A DNA stretch of 40,275 bases. Source: an uncultured archaeon (GTDB lineage: Archaea > Aenigmatarchaeota > Aenigmatarchaeia > CG10238-14 > SCSR01). The notes under the pieces were generated by a model that saw nothing but the letters and a program-made list of their open reading frames with translations, was not told the DNA's origin and ran no database searches. Made by a program: the position numbers and the translations under genes. Where the stretch lies: NCBI GenBank assembly GCA_964427125.1, contig CAYRSM010000004.1:1-40275 (forward strand), in the 5' to 3' direction. This document shows, one piece after another, positions 36,505 through 40,275 of this stretch. The first letter of the stretch is position 1. Each line of letters starts with the position of its first letter.

Positions 36505-37497
36505 TCAGAACCAGATGGACCGCACCTCGTCTACCCTCCATTTGGGTGTTATCTTTTCCGTAAAGTCTGGTTTCCATCCCGACCTGTGCGCCAGCATGCC
36601 GGTCCAAGCTATCATCGCGCCCTGATCGCCACTGTACTCGGTAGGGACAATGTGTACCTTCGCTCCCCTTTCCTCGGCCATGACACCGACCATCTCCTGA
36701 AGCCTCTTGTTTGCCGCAACGCCGCCCACAAGCAATACCTCCTTCTTTTCCGTGTGCGCGAGCGCCCTCTCCACGACCTCTGTGAGCATCGCAAAGCACG
36801 TCTCCTGCAGCGAGAAGGCTACGTCCTCCCTGACCGCACCTTTCTTCAGCAGCTTTATCGCGGCGGTCTGTATACCGCTGAATGAGGTGTCCATACCCTT
36901 CACAACATAAGGAAGCTCTATGTATTTCCCCTTTATTGCCAGCCTTTCAATCTCCGGGCCCCCCGGCATGGGAAGCTTCATCTCCCTGGCAACGACATCG
37001 AAACAGTTTCCCACGGGGACGTCTTCAGTTTCACCAAACACTCTAAAAAAATTTTCTGCATACGCAACCACCATCGTGTTGCCGCCGCTCAGGTAGAGGT
37101 AGACCGGGTCTTTTGTGTTTGTCATGAGCCGCCCGATTTCTAAGTGTGCGACTGAGTGGTTCACTGGAATTAGCGACTTTTTGTGCAACTTTGACAGGTT
37201 GATTGCAAAATCTGCTCCCTTGTTGAGGCAGGGAGGCAACCCCGGTCCAGCGGAGTAGCTTAGAATGTCGATGCCATCCCAACCGAGACCAGACTTTTCC
37301 AAAGCTCGATTTAATATTTTTTCTCCGACTGCTTGGTGGTGCGCCGCGGCCTCGTGCGGGATGATTCCCTTGCCCAAGGCTGGCCTGTACATATCGCGTT
37401 CATTAGCCAAGATTTTCCCGTCTTCCGTCACTATGCCGATGCCGAAGGTGTGTGCCGTACTTTCTATGCCGAGGCACACTAGTTTGCCGTCTAGCAT
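36505..37497 (-). CDS. kae1: tRNA t6A synthase Kae1 (KEOPS complex)
   Basis: LGIESTAHT, HSVAH, SGGNT, GGVAAN, DQGAMIA motifs. Confidence 0.95.
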   Translation of the reverse strand: MLDGKLVCLGIESTAHTFGIGIVTEDGKILANERDMYRPALGKGIIPHEAAAHHQAVGEKILNRALEKSGLGWDGIDILSYSAGPGLPPCLNKGADFAINLSKLHKKSLIPVNHSVAHLEIGRLMTNTKDPVYLYLSGGNTMVVAYAENFFRVFGETEDVPVGNCFDVVAREMKLPMPGGPEIERLAIKGKYIELPYVVKGMDTSFSGIQTAAIKLLKKGAVREDVAFSLQETCFAMLTEVVERALAHTEKKEVLLVGGVAANKRLQEMVGVMAEERGAKVHIVPTEYSGDQGAMIAWTGMLAHRSGWKPDFTEKITPKWRVDEVRSIWF

Positions 37498-37544
37498 AAA
37501 TAACAAGTGAGATTTGCCTGTTTAAGATTTTAATAAAAAAGGAG

Positions 37545-37657
37545 TGGGACGGAGGAGATTTGAACTCCCAACACTTCCCGGGTCTTTCAGACCTATCGGT
37601 CTTCAGCATCAACGGACTCTCGTCCTCGATTGCTCTCCCGGATTGAGCTACCGTCCC
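37545..37657 (-). tRNA. tRNA-Phe(GAA) with two non-canonical BHB introns (37608-37626 at 30/31; 37575-37594 at 43/44)
   Basis: Acceptor GGGACGG/CCGTCCC, D-stem GCTC/GAGC, T-arm GGGAG-TTCAAAT-CTCCT. Removing 19+20 nt gives a 74-nt cloverleaf with ATCGG-CTGAAGA-CCGAT. Confidence 0.9.
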
Positions 37658-37676
37658 CTAACATAATAAGCCATTT

Positions 37677-38315
37677 TCATTTTGAAGAACTTATAATTTC
37701 ATAAGCTTTTCGCAGCTTGCGAGGATTTGAAAAACCGATATCTGATAGCCATTTTTTAATCATTTTCATGCCATAGAGAGCTATCTTGTAAGTCTTGGTT
37801 CCGTATCTTTTGTCGATGTAGTGTCTAGTTCGAATTCTGTATCCTCTGGCAGTCAACACTTCGGTTAATTGCAGTGCCAAATTTTGGCTCGTGGTTGTTA
37901 TTTCCAGACTCGGATAGTTGGGACTTCCCGCTTTTTGAGAGGTGAATATTGAACCGTCTGTGTCGGCGATTCCCCTTATGATGTATTTTAATTTTTTCCA
38001 GTTCTTCAAAAACATCGTGGGTATGCGTATTGTGAAACATTTTCCCTCTCCGACGGGCAAGCCAATCTCATCAATAAGCGAAGTTATCAATGTCTTTGAA
38101 TGGAGTCTCAGTCTCAAGCCGCCGGAATAAGTTTTGATTTGCGGGCGCTTTTTCGCTACATGAAAAATGATATTGCTTATGTGGTCGAAATATTTCATGT
38201 CTGTTTTGGGATTGCCTGTAATCATCAGGACATACTTCGAGCCATTTCTAAAGTATATGTTTCCGTCACCGATTGTTATTCCTATCAGTTCGCAAAGTTC
38301 TTTTGTAACTAACAT
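37677..38315 (-). CDS. free-standing LAGLIDADG endonuclease
   Basis: ELIGITIGDG and IIRGIADTDG motifs, C-terminal IGFSNPRK, low GC. Ends 19 nt before tRNA-Phe. Start ATG 38315 or GTG 38342. Confidence 0.88.
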   Translation of the reverse strand: MLVTKELCELIGITIGDGNIYFRNGSKYVLMITGNPKTDMKYFDHISNIIFHVAKKRPQIKTYSGGLRLRLHSKTLITSLIDEIGLPVGEGKCFTIRIPTMFLKNWKKLKYIIRGIADTDGSIFTSQKAGSPNYPSLEITTTSQNLALQLTEVLTARGYRIRTRHYIDKRYGTKTYKIALYGMKMIKKWLSDIGFSNPRKLRKAYEIISSSK

Positions 38316-38358
38316 ACCTGAAATAACTATGGCACGAAACACTATCCCCTTTTGGGGT

Positions 38359-38377
38359 GTTCATTTCCGGTGAGTTT
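38359..38377 (-). repeat. 19-bp motif AAACTCACCGGAAATGAAC, copy 2
   Basis: Exact match to 23892-23910. Lies 43 nt upstream of ATG 38315. Confidence 0.85.
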
Positions 38378-38410
38378 ATGTGTAACAGAAAAAGCTATTT
38401 CTGGCTTATT

Positions 38411-39082
38411 TTAACCTTTTATCCTGTACTTCAGACCCTCGGCTACTATGAAAAGCAGCACGCCGAAGAACATCTTTGCGAACTTTGGTACCTTCCTCCT
38501 TCCGTAACTCACGTGCACCGGCACCTGGCGGACTTTCAGCCTGCCCCTCACACAGTCCGCGAATATGGAGTTCTCGATTATGTACCCACCGTGGATGTGT
38601 TTTATTTTGGGCAGCGCTTCGCGTCTCACCCCGATGTAGCCGCAGTTTGTGTCTTTGAAGCTTGCCCCGAAAAACATGTTGAACAGAGACCTCCACGCAA
38701 AGTTTCCCATCCTGTTGGCGTAGGGTATCTCCGAGGGAATCCTGTAGCCGGTCACGACGTCATAACCTTCTTCCAGACCTTTGACAATCTTATCAGAGTC
38801 TTCCAGCCCGTATTGCATGTCGGCATCTACGACAAGTATGCAGTCGATGTCGCTTTTCTGAAAAAATGCGAATCCAGTTTTTAGCGCCTCGCCCTTCCCT
38901 CTGTTGTTTTCGTGCCTAAGTACAATCGCGCCGGACCTTTTGGCGATATTGTAAGTATCATCGCCGGAGCCGTCGTCTATGACAAGTATTTTTGAGCTCG
39001 GCCAATGTCTCCTGCACTCTCGGATTGCTGTGACTATGTTCTTTCCCTCGTTGTACGCCGGAAGCAGGATGCCGATTTTCAT
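38411..39082 (-). CDS. glycosyltransferase family 2 (DPM1-like)
   Basis: LPAYNE, IDDGSGD, NRGKG, DAD, DTNCGY motifs. Confidence 0.92.
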   Translation of the reverse strand: MKIGILLPAYNEGKNIVTAIRECRRHWPSSKILVIDDGSGDDTYNIAKRSGAIVLRHENNRGKGEALKTGFAFFQKSDIDCILVVDADMQYGLEDSDKIVKGLEEGYDVVTGYRIPSEIPYANRMGNFAWRSLFNMFFGASFKDTNCGYIGVRREALPKIKHIHGGYIIENSIFADCVRGRLKVRQVPVHVSYGRRKVPKFAKMFFGVLLFIVAEGLKYRIKG

Positions 39083-39171
39083 TAAACATATTTCATTTTT
39101 GATAGGTACATAAAGCCCGAACAATGAGCTTATATGTTTGCGAGATTATTATTAATGGGTAAGTGCTTAAT

Positions 39172-40275
39172 ATGCCAGAAGTAAATCTTCCTGATGATGG
39201 ACGGATTGCTTTTGCAGACGGATTCGGTAAAAAATTGTTCGAGGAGGTATGCACTGTCAATTCTACGACGTTGAAAAATTTGTGCGCCGAGTTGGGTGTT
39301 AGCTACTTCACACTTAAAAAATGGAAATCGGGTGACTGCCTTGTGCCGGGTCGCATTGTCAACGCTCTTTTGGGCAAGTTGCCCCGCGACACACAAAAAC
39401 AATTTCTCACTAACATAAGAAGTGTCAAGGAACACAATTGGGGAAGTTCTTTGGGAGGCAGGATTTCTTTTTCAAGAGCACCAAAAAGCCTGAGGATGAA
39501 AAGGTTGCGTAGGATGTGGAAGGCTAACAGGATAATATTCAAGTCCCGAGTACCAAGGGTGAAGGTCAACAAGGATTTCTATTATCTGTTGGGCGTGCTT
39601 ATGGGGGATGGTTGCATATCCAAATTTTACTCAAACAGCAAGCGGTGTTTCATTTATGAGACGTCTTTGGTCGGACATAGGACTGATGACATGGAGTTTT
39701 ACACATCGACAATTATACCATTGTTCGCTAAGATATTTCGCACCAATTTGAAGGTCAGGTTCAGGAAAAACGAGAACGCCATCTCCCTGAGCACTACACG
39801 CAGATTCATTTTCGATGTCTTGAAAAAATACGGCATGCCTGTGGGCCTTAAAACAGGTATGAAGTTGGGTAGAACGGCCATGAAATTGCCGCATACATGC
39901 CTGTACAAGATAATCCGAGGACTGTTCGACACAGATGGTACTTTGGCGGCGCGCAAGGATGAAAAATACAGATACCCTTACATAATGATTACAAATTACA
40001 ATTGCGACTTGCGAAATCAAATAAAATCGTTGCTGAGGGGGGCTGGAATGCCTGCCTATATTCATGCCAACGACATAGTTGTCAGAGGGAAGGAAAATGC
40101 TACCAAGTGGATGAAATTAATAGGTACATCCCACCCTATACCTAAATTAAGATACGAGACATGGTTGGGCACAGGGAAACTGTTGCCTAACAGGGCCGAT
40201 GGTCTAATTGGCATGACCCGGGAGAATGAAACCGCATTCGCAAGGCGGAAGCTAGGGGTTCAAATACACGTCGGT
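39172..40275 (+). CDS. LAGLIDADG endonuclease with N-terminal HTH, open at the window end (absent from ORF track)
   Basis: Manual translation from ATG 39172 gives LCAELGVSYFTLKKWKSG (HTH), YLLGVLMGDG, IIRGLFDTDG and IGTSHP. No stop before 40275; the frame runs into the tRNA gene. Confidence 0.85.
   Translation, partial: MPEVNLPDDGRIAFADGFGKKLFEEVCTVNSTTLKNLCAELGVSYFTLKKWKSGDCLVPGRIVNALLGKLPRDTQKQFLTNIRSVKEHNWGSSLGGRISFSRAPKSLRMKRLRRMWKANRIIFKSRVPRVKVNKDFYYLLGVLMGDGCISKFYSNSKRCFIYETSLVGHRTDDMEFYTSTIIPLFAKIFRTNLKVRFRKNENAISLSTTRRFIFDVLKKYGMPVGLKTGMKLGRTAMKLPHTCLYKIIRGLFDTDGTLAARKDEKYRYPYIMITNYNCDLRNQIKSLLRGAGMPAYIHANDIVVRGKENATKWMKLIGTSHPIPKLRYETWLGTGKLLPNRADGLIGMTRENETAFARRKLGVQIHVG
40193..40275 (+). 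tRNA. tRNA-Ala(CGC), intron-containing, truncated by the window edge
   Basis: GGGCCGA-TG-GTC..GAC, anticodon arm CCGCA-TTCGCAA-GGCGG (one mismatch), AGGGG-TTCAAAT. 13-nt insert at 40218-40230 (position 25/26). The 3' T-stem is not visible. Confidence 0.65.

Overview
A 40 kb stretch of an archaeal chromosome. uS19/uL22/uS3, Rpp30, deoxyhypusine synthase, Kae1, ApgM, an S-layer protein and GGTGA ribosome-binding sites establish the domain. The fragmented ribosomal operon, multi-intron tRNAs and Cys-motif surface protein suggest a DPANN lineage (inference). The first ~4.4 kb is an accessory/defence patch: an EVE-like PD-(D/E)xK nuclease, a PIN protein, Doc with a tiny downstream partner, and an NTase pair. 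The rest is mostly housekeeping, with an orphan integrase and a ~130-bp IS200/IS605 miniature element. Main discovery: the bacterial-type metK gene is interrupted in its conserved GHPDK|VADQ motif by a 21-nt, stop-containing insert. The insert folds as a bulge-helix-bulge (BHB) intron and, cut by the standard rule, restores the motif exactly. All three free-standing LAGLIDADG genes in the window lie directly upstream of a gene carrying BHB micro-introns (metK, tRNA-Phe, tRNA-Ala). Two of them share an exact 19-bp upstream motif. This suggests an endonuclease plus micro-intron homing system that reaches protein-coding genes. All calls are by eye; no searches or folding programs were run.
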